Origin: Undibacterium terreum
GTDB lineage: Bacteria > Pseudomonadota > Gammaproteobacteria > Burkholderiales > Burkholderiaceae_D
Assembly: GCF_014636315.1 (NCBI RefSeq)
Contig: NZ_BMED01000001.1
Coordinates: forward strand, 685,941-749,940
Direction of reading: 5' to 3'
Length of the DNA stretch: 64,000 nucleotides
A model generated the notes under the pieces. The model ran no database searches. It was given only the letters and a program-made list of their open reading frames with translations, and was not told the DNA's origin. Both the position numbers and the translations under genes were made by a program. This document shows, piece by piece, positions 18,121-27,570 of this stretch. Every line of letters starts with the position of its first letter. Within the stretch, counting starts at the first letter, position 1.

Positions 18121-20589
18121 CTAGTCCTTGGCCAGAATGCCGATTTTCCACCATGCGGGCAGCAAGGCCCGCACTTCCGGCCGCTTGAACCGGTCATCGA
18201 TCAGATATACGTAGCCCTGATCGGATTGGGTGCGTATCACGCGTCCGGCCGCCTGCACCACTTTTTGCAGGCCAGGGAACAGATAGGTATAGTCATACCC
18301 CCTGCCAAAAATACTGTCCATGCGCTGCATGATCTGCTCATTGACCGGATTCAACTGCGGCAGGCCCAGTGTGGCGATGAAAGCGCCTATCAGGCGGCTG
18401 CCGGGCAGATCTATGCCCTCCGCAAAAGCCCCGCCCAGCACCGCAAAACCTATACCCTCGCTGCACTGCGTGAAACGCGCCAGGAATTCTTCGCGCGCCG
18501 CTTCCTCCATGCCGCGCGACTGCTGCCATTGCGGAATATCCGGGTAGCGCTCGGCGAATAGTGCCGCTACTTTTTGCAGGTAGTCAAAACTGCTGAAGAA
18601 AGCCAGGTAATTGCCAGCATGGCGCCGGTACTGCTGCGCCATCAGTTCGGTAATTGCCTGCAAGGATGCATCGCGATCCCGATAGCGGGTAGAAATAGCG
18701 GCCGCTATGTTCACTTCCAACTGATCCGCACGGAAAGGCGATTCCACGTTGATCCACGGCGTTTCTCCCGGCAAGCCCAGCATGTCGCTATAGTAGTCCC
18801 AGGGGCTCAGCGTGGCCGAAAACAGCACTGTGGAATGGGAATCCTGAAAACGGTGCTTCAGGAAAGGCGCGGGAACGATATTGCGTATGCACAGCAGCGC
18901 ATTCTTGCGGTAGGCCGCGCCCGTGCCGGTATCGACATCCTTGATCACGTCAAACAAGGAATGTTCGCCGAAGGCTTCCGCCAATTGCGTGAACAGCAGC
19001 GCATCGAAATAGAAGTGCAACAGCTTGCTGTCCTGCCCCACTGCTGGATTGGTTTGCTGCGACGGTTCATTGATCAAATCAGAGGGCACATTATTTTCGG
19101 CGGCATCCACCACGCCGCTTACCATGAAGTCGCCGATGGCAGTCGTCGCCTGCTGCATTGCCTGCAAAAATTTTTCAGGAATTTCCGGGTACACCTGGTA
19201 ACGGGCGCCCTGCTCCTTGTGCAAGGCATTCCATTGGCGGCTGACACGGTCCAGTGCTTTTTTCAAGACTGCCGGTGCGGTCCTGCGCATGATATTGAAC
19301 TCGGCCTGATCGAGTTCGGCGCTATACATCTTGCGGCCACGCTCAACCAGGTTATGTGCCTCGTCAACCAGTACGCTGGCCTTCCACTGATAAACCTGCG
19401 TCATCGAATACAGCATCGCGCTGATGTCGAAATAATAGTTATAGTCACCCACGATCACATCTGCCCAGCGCGCCAGGTCCTGGCTCAGGTAATACGGACA
19501 CACCTGATGCTGGCGGGCGATATCCCTGACAGCGCCCTGGTCCAGCATGCCGGCCACATCTGCCTGCGAAGAAGCTGCCTCGGGCTTCGCCCAGATGATC
19601 GCCGACTGTCGCGCCTGCGGCAACCTATCGTAAAAACCGCGCGCCAGCGGGCAGGAGTCGCCATGGCAAGCCTTGTCCGGATGTTCGCAAGCCTTGTCGC
19701 GCGCAACCAGCTCCAGCACTCGCAAAGGTGCAGCTATCTTGCCCGGCCTGGCTGCCTTCAACACATGCAAAGCATCCAGCGCCAGCCTGCGGCCCGGTGT
19801 CTTGGCGGACAGGAAGAAAATCTTGTCCAGCGCCTGTTTGGGCATTGCCCTCAGCAAGGGATAGAGCGTGCCTATGGTCTTGCCTATGCCTGTCGGCGCT
19901 TGCACCATCAGGCAGCGGCCTGTGCTGGCCGCCCTGTAGACGGTTTCGGCCAGATGGCGCTGGCCGGTGCGAAACTCCTGATGCGGAAACTCCAGCCCGT
20001 CCAGCGCCAGGTCACGCGCCGCTTTGTGCGCCAGCTCTTGCCCCGCCCAGGCCAGGAAAGCCTCGCACTGCTCTTCAAAATGGCGCTTCAACTCCACCGC
20101 AGAGTATGGCTCGGCCAGCACCGTTTCCTTCTGGCTGGCGATATCGAAGTAGACCAGCGCCAGGCTGAGCTCATCCAGACCCTCCAGCCCCATTTGCAGG
20201 CAGAGCAGATGACCATAAATTTTCACTTGCGCCCAATGCAAATGACGATGATTGGCGGGCATTTTCTTCAGGTCGCCGCGATAGGTCTTGATCTCTTCCA
20301 GTTGCCTTTTGGTCGGATCATAGCCGTCGGCGCGGCCACGCACAGTAAGTTGCTTGTAGTCGCCGCTAAGGCTCAGCTCAGTCAAATAACCGGCGGGCCT
20401 ACGGGAAGTAACTGTCGCATGCCCGGCGATGCCTTCTTGCGCAGTCGGCGATGGCGTGAAGCGCAAATCCAGATCACCCAGCTTGGCAGTGAACTCGCAC
20501 AAGGCCCTGACCGCGACCGCGTAGCGGGCAGGCTGAACCGGCGCCGGTGGAGATATTGGCTCAGTCAAGCGACTTCCTCTTCCGCCCAC
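18121..20589 (-). CDS. Nuclease-helicase fusion: N-terminal RecB/Cas4-like PD-(D/E)xK nuclease domain + XPD/DinG-family Fe-S SF2 DNA helicase
   Basis: N-terminal GRADGYD (motif II), LEEIKT (ExK) and QVKIY (QxxxY). Walker A APTGIGKTIG. Four Cys in the Fe-S insert (KACEHPDKACHGDSCP...VCPYY). DEAH box VDEAHNL. The GTG at 20589 overlaps the upstream gene by 25 nt; a TTG at 20568 with a purine-rich SD is an alternative start. Confidence 0.8.
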   Translation of the reverse strand: MGGRGSRLTEPISPPAPVQPARYAVAVRALCEFTAKLGDLDLRFTPSPTAQEGIAGHATVTSRRPAGYLTELSLSGDYKQLTVRGRADGYDPTKRQLEEIKTYRGDLKKMPANHRHLHWAQVKIYGHLLCLQMGLEGLDELSLALVYFDIASQKETVLAEPYSAVELKRHFEEQCEAFLAWAGQELAHKAARDLALDGLEFPHQEFRTGQRHLAETVYRAASTGRCLMVQAPTGIGKTIGTLYPLLRAMPKQALDKIFFLSAKTPGRRLALDALHVLKAARPGKIAAPLRVLELVARDKACEHPDKACHGDSCPLARGFYDRLPQARQSAIIWAKPEAASSQADVAGMLDQGAVRDIARQHQVCPYYLSQDLARWADVIVGDYNYYFDISAMLYSMTQVYQWKASVLVDEAHNLVERGRKMYSAELDQAEFNIMRRTAPAVLKKALDRVSRQWNALHKEQGARYQVYPEIPEKFLQAMQQATTAIGDFMVSGVVDAAENNVPSDLINEPSQQTNPAVGQDSKLLHFYFDALLFTQLAEAFGEHSLFDVIKDVDTGTGAAYRKNALLCIRNIVPAPFLKHRFQDSHSTVLFSATLSPWDYYSDMLGLPGETPWINVESPFRADQLEVNIAAAISTRYRDRDASLQAITELMAQQYRRHAGNYLAFFSSFDYLQKVAALFAERYPDIPQWQQSRGMEEAAREEFLARFTQCSEGIGFAVLGGAFAEGIDLPGSRLIGAFIATLGLPQLNPVNEQIMQRMDSIFGRGYDYTYLFPGLQKVVQAAGRVIRTQSDQGYVYLIDDRFKRPEVRALLPAWWKIGILAKD

Positions 20590-22232
20590 TGCACATAACA
20601 GACCGCAACCGGCATGTCGTTTGCGACGCAGTAATCCAGCCAGCGTATCTGATTATCTTGCAGGCGGTCGCCAGGCCCCTTGACCTCGATCAGTTGATAG
20701 CGGCGCTCCTGCGGCCAGAACTGGATCAGGTCCGGCAAGCCGGAGCGATTGACCTTGATATCTTGCAGCAGCCGCTCAAACCATTTCTTCAGATGCGCAG
20801 CCGGTATGCAGGCCAGGGCCTGCTCCAGCAATTCCTCCGTCAGACTGCCCCAGAACACAAAGGGCGACTGTATGCCGGCTTTTGCGATAAAACGCGCACG
20901 TATGGCCTGCTTGTATTGTCCCGACTCCAGTTGTGCCAGGCAGAGCGTAAATTCGGCTTCGCGCCGGTGATAAAAGTCGGCGCTATGCAAATCAGCCGGA
21001 CCAGTATGATAGGGATGAAAAAATGCGCCGGGCAAAGGCAGGAAAATGGCATCCCAGCACAGCAGGCCAAACAAGGAATTGATCAGCGTATTTTCAACGT
21101 AATGCACCGCCGCGTCCGCATGCTGCTGTGCCAGATGTTCCCTGACCACGCCTTCCACATAGAAATCCGCTTGCGGCCTGGGCAGAAGCAGTTCCACATT
21201 GCTGAGCCTGATAGCTGCGGCTACCGGCAAGCGGGAATGCCCCAGCTTGCGCCGCAACCTGGGCAGCATGCGTGCTAGCTGCTGCTTTTCCGCTTCGCTT
21301 TCCGGTGCCTGTTGCGCGACATCCGCCAATTCAAACGCAGCGGTAAAATCTTCCAGCCGCTCCAGCACACGTATGCGGCGTGCCCGCGCCCCCGGGTAAT
21401 TGCAGGACCGGTAAATCTCCAGCGCGGCAACCCAGTCCTGCAGCTTTTCATACTGCTGCCCTATCTGGAACAACAGCTTGGCACGCCGCCCCTCCAGCCA
21501 GGGATTATCCAGCGCAGAGCCGATATCTGCGATGATGCCGGGCAGCGCCTGCTCCAGATTGAAGCGTTCGCGGCATTGGTGCAGGTGCAGGTAGGTGTCC
21601 ACGTCGGCGCGCGTGCGAAAACCGCACGAGGCCGCAGAAAACTCCACCTTTTCATATTTGTAGATACCCAGATCGGCCAGCACGAATTCCGACCAATCCT
21701 GGTAAAGATTGCCAAAGAACATCAGGCGCAAGCGGTTGCACAACTCCGCAATCTGCAGGTGATACACACAGTCATCGCATGCGGGATACCAGTCTTGCAG
21801 GCTGTGGGTCTGGTCGGCAAATTCGGCCTGCAGCATTTCCAGCTGGTCTGCCTTCTTTGCCGCCGCCACCGGCCCGGACAAGCCCAGTGCAGCCGCAATC
21901 TCATCCTTCTTCAGCAGCACGAACAGGTGCTCCAGATATAGCAGCGGCGCATCATCCACCCAGCCCGCCGCCACTAGCTCTGTTGCCGCCTTACGCGTAT
22001 CGCCGATTTCCGTATAGTTCAATTTACTGGCGCGAAACAGCTCTCCCTTGCGCATGACCATTCTCACCAGAAGGGCCTGGGAAGCCCAGGGCATTTCAGC
22101 AAACCGGGAAATGAATTCACGCTCCTCCACTATCAGCAAATCATCGTAGCGCATACTGATCCAGTCCAGCACCATGCGGAAATTATCCAGATAGTAGTAA
22201 GGGTTTTCCAGCGTAGGGATCATGGATGGCAA
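20565..22232 (-). CDS. FAN1-like nuclease (TPR-like helical body + C-terminal VRR-NUC PD-(D/E)xK domain)
   Basis: C-terminal GLPDLIQF...YQLIEVKGPGDRLQDNQIRWLDY has the VRR-NUC D...E-x-K arrangement. Size (~555 aa) and layout match bacterial FAN1 homologues. Translationally coupled to the helicase gene. Confidence 0.65.
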   Translation of the reverse strand: MPSMIPTLENPYYYLDNFRMVLDWISMRYDDLLIVEEREFISRFAEMPWASQALLVRMVMRKGELFRASKLNYTEIGDTRKAATELVAAGWVDDAPLLYLEHLFVLLKKDEIAAALGLSGPVAAAKKADQLEMLQAEFADQTHSLQDWYPACDDCVYHLQIAELCNRLRLMFFGNLYQDWSEFVLADLGIYKYEKVEFSAASCGFRTRADVDTYLHLHQCRERFNLEQALPGIIADIGSALDNPWLEGRRAKLLFQIGQQYEKLQDWVAALEIYRSCNYPGARARRIRVLERLEDFTAAFELADVAQQAPESEAEKQQLARMLPRLRRKLGHSRLPVAAAIRLSNVELLLPRPQADFYVEGVVREHLAQQHADAAVHYVENTLINSLFGLLCWDAIFLPLPGAFFHPYHTGPADLHSADFYHRREAEFTLCLAQLESGQYKQAIRARFIAKAGIQSPFVFWGSLTEELLEQALACIPAAHLKKWFERLLQDIKVNRSGLPDLIQFWPQERRYQLIEVKGPGDRLQDNQIRWLDYCVANDMPVAVCYVQWAEEEVA

Positions 22233-22304
22233 GATTGCAATATTGCCTGATTTAAAACAGGCAAAGGCTTTGGGCTGCAGGGAAATGAGTTTAAGTCGGC
22301 AATT

Positions 22305-22324
22305 GACTGTATATGCGCACAGTA
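22305..22324. promoter_or_regulatory. LexA (SOS) box GACTGTATATGCGCACAGTA (CTGT-N8-ACAG), about 75 nt upstream of the FAN1-like gene
   Basis: Matches the Beta/Gammaproteobacterial LexA consensus TACTGT-N8-ACAGTA at 14 of 16 defined positions. Confidence 0.6.
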
Positions 22325-22384
22325 TATCATCGTCTCAGTGGCAAGACTGATTTTCTGAAGCACCGCAGACAAAGCGAAGGCATG

Positions 22385-22416
22385 AAAAAAGCCGGCCGCC
22401 CCGAAGGCGGCCGGCT
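22385..22416 (-). terminator. Rho-independent terminator of ggt (stem GCCGGCCGCC/GGCGGCCGGC followed by U6 on the minus strand)
   Basis: rc reads GCCGGCCGCCttcgggGCGGCCGGCttttttcat. Perfect 10-bp stem plus T-run. Confidence 0.7.
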
Positions 22417-22448
22417 TGGAAATCTATTTAACTGCAGTTCAATTCAGA

Positions 22449-24173
22449 TCAAAAACCCAGAGCCAGACCGGAGTTCCGGCGCGGATCGTTGGCCCCGTAA
22501 AACTTGTTTGCGCCGCGTGGCTTGCCGTCTGCGGTGGGTGCGCCCACCAGGATCGCGGCAATATGGTTGGCAGGTTGCGGTGCGCCCAGGTTATGCCCCA
22601 TCGCGGTCAATATCTTGCGGGTATCCGGGCCGAGTGCATTGATTTCCACATTGGTCACATCCGGCAGCCATTGCTGGTGGAAGCGCGGCGCATCCACTGC
22701 TTCCTGGATATTCATGCCGTAGTCGATCACATTCATGATCGTCAGCGTCACTGCCGTGATAATGCGGCTGCCTCCCGGCGTGCCAACCACCATGAAGGGC
22801 TTGCCGTCTCGCGTGACGATGGTAGGCGCCATGGAACTCAGCGGCCGCTTGCCCGGCGCAACTGAATTGGCCTGCCCTTGCACCAGCCCATACATATTGG
22901 GCACTCCCACCTTGACGGTGAAATCATCCATCTCATCATTCATCAGTACGCCGGTAGTGGCTGCGGTAACCTTGGCGCCGAACCAGTCGTTCAGAGTATA
23001 GGTGACCGAGACAGCATTGCCATCCTTGTCAACGATGGAATAATGCGTGGTATTGCTGCCTTCATGCGGCGCCACGCCCGGCTTGATGTCCTTGGAAACA
23101 CCGGCCTTGGCCGGATCAATAGCAGCACGCACTTTCGCCGCATAGCCCTTGTCCAGCAACCTGTCCAGAGGATTTTTCACGAAATCCGGATCACCCAGAT
23201 AGCTATTGCGGTCAACATATGAATGCCGCATCGCCTCGATCTGGTAATGCACGCCCTGCGCCGAGCCATAACCGAGTTCCTTCAGTGGATAGGCTTCGAC
23301 GATATTCAAAATCTCGCAAATCACCACGCCGCCAGAACTGGGTGGCGGCGCAGACACGATGTGGTAGCCGCGGTAGTCGCATTCCACCGGCGCCATTTCG
23401 CGCACCTTGTACTGATCCAGGTCCGCCTGTGTCAATATGCCCTTGCCTGCCTGGCTAGCTGCGACCAGCGCCTTGCCCACCGGCCCCTTATAGAAACCGT
23501 CAGCGCCATAGCGGCTGATCTGCAATAAAGTCTTGGCCAGGTCCTTTTGCGCCAGTACCTGCCCCGGTTTGAAAGGCTCGCCCTTGTTCAGGAAAATAGC
23601 AGCCGAAGGCGCATCCTGACGGAAGTCTTCGGTGGCGGTAGTCAGCATATCCACATCGCCCTCATCCAGTACGAAGCCGCCTTGCGCATAGGCCACGGCT
23701 GGCGCCATGACCATTTGACGCTTCATCGTGCCGTATTTGGCCAGCGCATACTCCATGCCTGCCACGCTGCCCGGCACACCGGAGGCAAGATAGCCTTTGC
23801 TGGACAAGCCTTTGATCACTTCTCCCTTGGCATCCAGATACATATTGGCCGTTGCCGCCAGCGGCGCCTTCTCGCGAAAATCGAGGAAAGTCTTGCGGCC
23901 GTCTGCCAGTTGTATGGTCATGAAACCGCCGCCGCCCAGATTGCCGGCCGCCGGATAGACAACCGCCAGCGCATAACCAACGGCGACTGCCGCATCAATC
24001 GCATTGCCGCCCTTTTTCAGGATATCGACGCCCACCTTGGTGGCGAGATGCTGGGCGGTGACGACCATCCCGTGTTCAGCCGCAACCGGCGCTTGCGAAG
24101 CGGCATGCGCAGTGCAGGAAACGGCGATTGCAATGGAAAATGCGAGACTTTGCCGTATCAGGGAAACTTGCAT
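22449..24173 (-). CDS. ggt: Gamma-glutamyltranspeptidase (periplasmic, signal peptide)
   Basis: GGAGGAG RBS before ATG 24173 (MQVSLIRQSLAFSIAIAVSCTAHA). Catalytic Thr autoprocessing site (TTHYSIVDKDGNAVSVTYTLN) and GGT family motifs throughout. Confidence 0.9.
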   Translation of the reverse strand: MQVSLIRQSLAFSIAIAVSCTAHAASQAPVAAEHGMVVTAQHLATKVGVDILKKGGNAIDAAVAVGYALAVVYPAAGNLGGGGFMTIQLADGRKTFLDFREKAPLAATANMYLDAKGEVIKGLSSKGYLASGVPGSVAGMEYALAKYGTMKRQMVMAPAVAYAQGGFVLDEGDVDMLTTATEDFRQDAPSAAIFLNKGEPFKPGQVLAQKDLAKTLLQISRYGADGFYKGPVGKALVAASQAGKGILTQADLDQYKVREMAPVECDYRGYHIVSAPPPSSGGVVICEILNIVEAYPLKELGYGSAQGVHYQIEAMRHSYVDRNSYLGDPDFVKNPLDRLLDKGYAAKVRAAIDPAKAGVSKDIKPGVAPHEGSNTTHYSIVDKDGNAVSVTYTLNDWFGAKVTAATTGVLMNDEMDDFTVKVGVPNMYGLVQGQANSVAPGKRPLSSMAPTIVTRDGKPFMVVGTPGGSRIITAVTLTIMNVIDYGMNIQEAVDAPRFHQQWLPDVTNVEINALGPDTRKILTAMGHNLGAPQPANHIAAILVGAPTADGKPRGANKFYGANDPRRNSGLALGF

Positions 24174-24277
24174 GTTGGGCTCCTCCAAACAGAGATATAT
24201 CTTATCGGTATGAATATCTTATTATCAAAAACACCAGTCCGTGCAGGTATTTTGTTTCAAGCCATTACAGAGAAAAA

Positions 24278-25243
24278 TCAGTCCCGCCACACCTGCTGTG
24301 CGACCCGCAGCATGTTGCCGCCGAGGACCAGTGCCGCCTGCTCGCGGTTCATGCCGACCTTTTCCAGCGCGGCGGGCAGCAGCTTCCATGTGTCCACCGG
24401 GGTAAACGAAGGTGGCTTGTCCTGGTCATAACCGGCCGAGGCCGGCCACCAGTAGCCTGGGTCAAAATCACCTGCAGGCGTGTCGTCCAAACCTTCTTCG
24501 CGGAAGCAGATATCCAGGCCTATCCCTGCATGCTCAATGCCCACCAGATCGGTAATATAGGCAGCGTGGCGGGCCACATCGTCTGCGTTAGGGTAGTCAC
24601 TGCCAAGAAAAAAGGACAGCCCGGATAGGCAGACGACGCCGCCGGTTGCGGCGCAGGCGCGTATCTGTTCATCTGTGATATTGCGCCCGTGCCCAGCCAA
24701 GGACAAAGGATTGGCGTGGCTGAAAATAACCGGCTTGCTGGACGCCTGCATGATATCAAGGCTGCAGCGCCGTCCAGTATGGGAGCAATCCATCAGCATG
24801 CCTGCCTCGTTCACCGCCTGCACCATGCGCCACCCCAATGCAGTCAGGCCGCGCTCCACGTCGTGGCAGCCGTCTGCCACATTGTTATTGCGGTTATAGG
24901 CAAAGTGAATCTGCCGTACGCCAAGCTGGTGATACAGGCCCACCATCTCGGGCTGGTCCATCAAGGGCATGGCACCTTCCAGGTCAAAGCCTATGGCGAT
25001 CTTGCCATCCGCTGCAGCCTGCCGGATATCGGCAATACGGGAAGCTAGCACATAGCGTTCCGGCTGCGCCGCAATCGTTGCCCGAAAGCCGGCAATCACC
25101 GCCATCACCTGCGGCACCGGGTTCATGTCTGCACCGACATTGATAGAGACATAGTTCACGCCTGCCGCATGCAAGGCGGCAATGGGTCCAAAACTGGCTT
25201 GCGGGTGTATAGGCAGACAGGCGTGTGCGTCCCAATGGATCAT
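24278..25243 (-). CDS. Membrane/renal-type dipeptidase (peptidase M19)
   Basis: MIHWDAHACLP... start typical of M19 dipeptidases, with His/Asp zinc ligands distributed along the protein. Sits next to ggt (Cys-Gly cleavage step). Confidence 0.8.
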   Translation of the reverse strand: MIHWDAHACLPIHPQASFGPIAALHAAGVNYVSINVGADMNPVPQVMAVIAGFRATIAAQPERYVLASRIADIRQAAADGKIAIGFDLEGAMPLMDQPEMVGLYHQLGVRQIHFAYNRNNNVADGCHDVERGLTALGWRMVQAVNEAGMLMDCSHTGRRCSLDIMQASSKPVIFSHANPLSLAGHGRNITDEQIRACAATGGVVCLSGLSFFLGSDYPNADDVARHAAYITDLVGIEHAGIGLDICFREEGLDDTPAGDFDPGYWWPASAGYDQDKPPSFTPVDTWKLLPAALEKVGMNREQAALVLGGNMLRVAQQVWRD

Positions 25244-25318
25244 GTTTCAAACTCTCGGTGAAGGGAATAAGTCGTCGTTCGACTATAGCTTATTCCATAA
25301 ACGCCAGCCATGGACGGT

Positions 25319-25546
25319 CTAGGTTTTTTTGCTCCCAGCCTTGGTGCCACCCTGGATACTCAGCACGCCATCTTTGTAGCTGAGTACCTGTCCGCCGACC
25401 TGCATGCCGGCTTCCAGCTTACCCTTCTCCGCCTTGGCCTGGTCGGTGGAAAACTGCGTGACATGATAATTGCGTACATCCCGCAGAATTTTTTTCTTGC
25501 CGGCGGGCGCGGGTTTCACATCCTTTTTGCCGAAAATCATCGTCAT
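25319..25546 (-). CDS. Small hypothetical Lys-rich protein (75 aa)
   Basis: ORF MTMIFGKKDVKPAPAGKKK... lies in the gap between katA and the dipeptidase gene. No motif recognised. Confidence 0.4.
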   Translation of the reverse strand: MTMIFGKKDVKPAPAGKKKILRDVRNYHVTQFSTDQAKAEKGKLEAGMQVGGQVLSYKDGVLSIQGGTKAGSKKT

Positions 25547-25655
25547 CCCTGGTCGTGGTCATTCCGGCGTAGATGCGCCTGAAGCCACTAATTACAAGCA
25601 TTGAATAAAAAAGCCGGCTCCGTCAAGGAACCGGCTCTTGCGGGAAGCTGAAAAA

Positions 25656-27119
25656 TTAGACGACCTTGTTCGGCGTTTTGTCCGAAGTGCCGCGCTCCAA
25701 GGCTGCCGCTACGCCGGCGCCGTAGGCAGGATCGGCCTTGGTGCAATTGGAGATATGGCGCTGCTGGATTTCTTTGGAAGCATCCCCGATGGAGCGCGCG
25801 GTATTGTCAAACAGGGTCTGCTGCTGGGCCTTGGTCATCAGGCGGAACAGATTGCCGGGCTGTGAATAATAGTCGTCATCCACCCTGTGGTTCCAGTGGT
25901 CTGCGGCGCCTTCTATCGCCAGCGGCGGCTCCGCATAGTCCGGCTGCTCCTGCCATTTTCCATAACTATTGGGCTCATAGCCCAGAGTGCCGCCATGATT
26001 GGCGTCCACCCGCATGGCGCCGTCGCGGTGATAGCTATTGACTGGGCATTTAGGCGCATTGACCGGAATCTGGTGATGGTTCACCCCCAAGCGGTAGCGC
26101 TGCGCATCGCCGTATGAAAACAGGCGTGACTGCAGCATCTTGTCCGGCGAAAAGCTGATGCCGGGCACCACATTGGCGGGAGAAAAGGCCACTTGCTCGA
26201 CTTCGGCGAAGTAATTTTCCGGATTGCGGTTCAGCTCAAAATGGCCCACTTCGATCAGCGGATAATCCTTGTGTGGCCAGACCTTGGTCAGGTCGAAAGG
26301 GTTCAGGTGGTAGCTACCGGCTTCTTTTTCCGGCATGACCTGGATGAACATGGTCCAGCGCGGGAAATCCTTGTTTTCTATGCTGTCGAAGAGGTCGCGC
26401 TGCGCGCTCTCGCGATCACGCCCTACCAGCTCGGTCGCCTCGGCATCGCTGAGGTTTTGTATGCCCTGCTCGGTACGGAAATGGAATTTGACCCAGAAGC
26501 GCTCATTTTTGGGGCTGATGAAGCTGAAGGTATGGCTGCCGAAGCCATGCATATGGCGATACGAGCGCGGTATGCCCCGGTCGCTCATCACGATGGTGAC
26601 CTGGTGCAGCGCTTCCGGCAGATTGGTCCAGAAATCCCAGTTGTTGTTAGCGCTGCGCAGATTGGTCTTGGGATCGCGCTTGACGGCGTGGTTCAAGTCA
26701 GGAAACTTGAGCGGATCGCGCAAAAAGAAGACCGGCGTATTATTGCCGACCAGATCCCAGTTGCCCTCTTCTGTATAGAATTTCATGGCGAAGCCGCGGA
26801 TATCGCGCTCGGCATCGGCAGCGCCACGCTCCCCGGCCACAGTGGAAAAGCGCACTATCATTTCGGTCTTCTTGCCTACCTGCGCAAACAGCTTGGCCTT
26901 GGTGTACTTTGTGATGTCATGCGTGACGGTGAAAGTGCCATAGGCCGCAGAGCCCTTGGCGTGCATGCGGCGCTCAGGGATCACTTCCCTGTCGAAGTGC
27001 GCCAGTTTTTCAAGATGCCATACATCCTGCAACAAAGCCGGCCCCCTTGGGCCTGCTGTCTGGGTATTCTGGTTGTCGACGACCGGCGCGCCCGCCGCAG
27101 TAGTAAGTTTGTTCATCAT
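25656..27119 (-). CDS. katA: Monofunctional heme catalase (clade 3)
   Basis: AAGGA RBS, then ATGATG. Canonical catalase N-terminus ([35 protein letters not shown]), distal His, and heme-binding Tyr region near the C-terminus. Confidence 0.95.
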   Translation of the reverse strand: MMNKLTTAAGAPVVDNQNTQTAGPRGPALLQDVWHLEKLAHFDREVIPERRMHAKGSAAYGTFTVTHDITKYTKAKLFAQVGKKTEMIVRFSTVAGERGAADAERDIRGFAMKFYTEEGNWDLVGNNTPVFFLRDPLKFPDLNHAVKRDPKTNLRSANNNWDFWTNLPEALHQVTIVMSDRGIPRSYRHMHGFGSHTFSFISPKNERFWVKFHFRTEQGIQNLSDAEATELVGRDRESAQRDLFDSIENKDFPRWTMFIQVMPEKEAGSYHLNPFDLTKVWPHKDYPLIEVGHFELNRNPENYFAEVEQVAFSPANVVPGISFSPDKMLQSRLFSYGDAQRYRLGVNHHQIPVNAPKCPVNSYHRDGAMRVDANHGGTLGYEPNSYGKWQEQPDYAEPPLAIEGAADHWNHRVDDDYYSQPGNLFRLMTKAQQQTLFDNTARSIGDASKEIQQRHISNCTKADPAYGAGVAAALERGTSDKTPNKVV

Positions 27120-27435
27120 TCATCCTTTTACGAGAGAAATCAGATTACGGGCTGTTTTGACAGCAGCTAAAACCGGTCCCCACCACCAAAACACCCCACC
27201 CCAGATCTGCGCCTGCGCGTAGCATTGCACCGCATTCCGTCAGGCATCTGCAGGCCCCATCACCGGCGCGAGCAAACGCATGGAAATGGGCAGCACCCAT
27301 TATGCTTGATTTTTCTACAATGCACAGAACGGCCGGCTACTAGCTGCAGGCACAAATTACCTTGGGGAAATAATATTTTTATGCCGATCCGCGCTGAATA
27401 AATCGCTATCGGCGATAATGGAGGCTTGCGGTAAT

Positions 27436-27486
27436 TTAATACCCTTAATACCCGCTCTACACCCGATTAATATCCGACTAATACTC
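27436..27486. promoter_or_regulatory. Four direct repeats of TTAATAYCC (two in perfect tandem) in the katA / 27571-gene divergent intergenic region
   Basis: TTAATACCC at 27436 and 27445, TTAATATCC at 27467, CTAATACTC at 27478. Iteron-like; no binding protein assigned. Confidence 0.4.
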
Positions 27487-27570
27487 GGTTCAATACCAGG
27501 CGAAGCAGCGAATTTTGCTCAGAGCGAGAAAAAAAGCTGGTTTCGTCATTCATTTTGGAAATAAAGTATT

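Noticed and set aside
18574-20598. 674-aa plus-strand ORF antisense to the nuclease-helicase gene. The same applies to other long antisense ORFs: 26193..27170 opposite katA, 31211..32833 opposite flotillin, 5900..6595 opposite the hydrolase, 8653..9300, 20547..21278 and 63564..63908.
   Set aside because: These are typical high-GC shadow ORFs. They have no RBS or start context, Arg/Pro/Ala/Gln-rich low-complexity translations and no motifs. In each case the opposite strand carries a motif-rich, well-supported gene.
25319-25546. Considered calling the 75-aa Lys-rich ORF a DUF2945/Tudor-like or ribosome-associated protein
   Set aside because: I could not recall a matching motif. It is kept only as a low-confidence hypothetical CDS.
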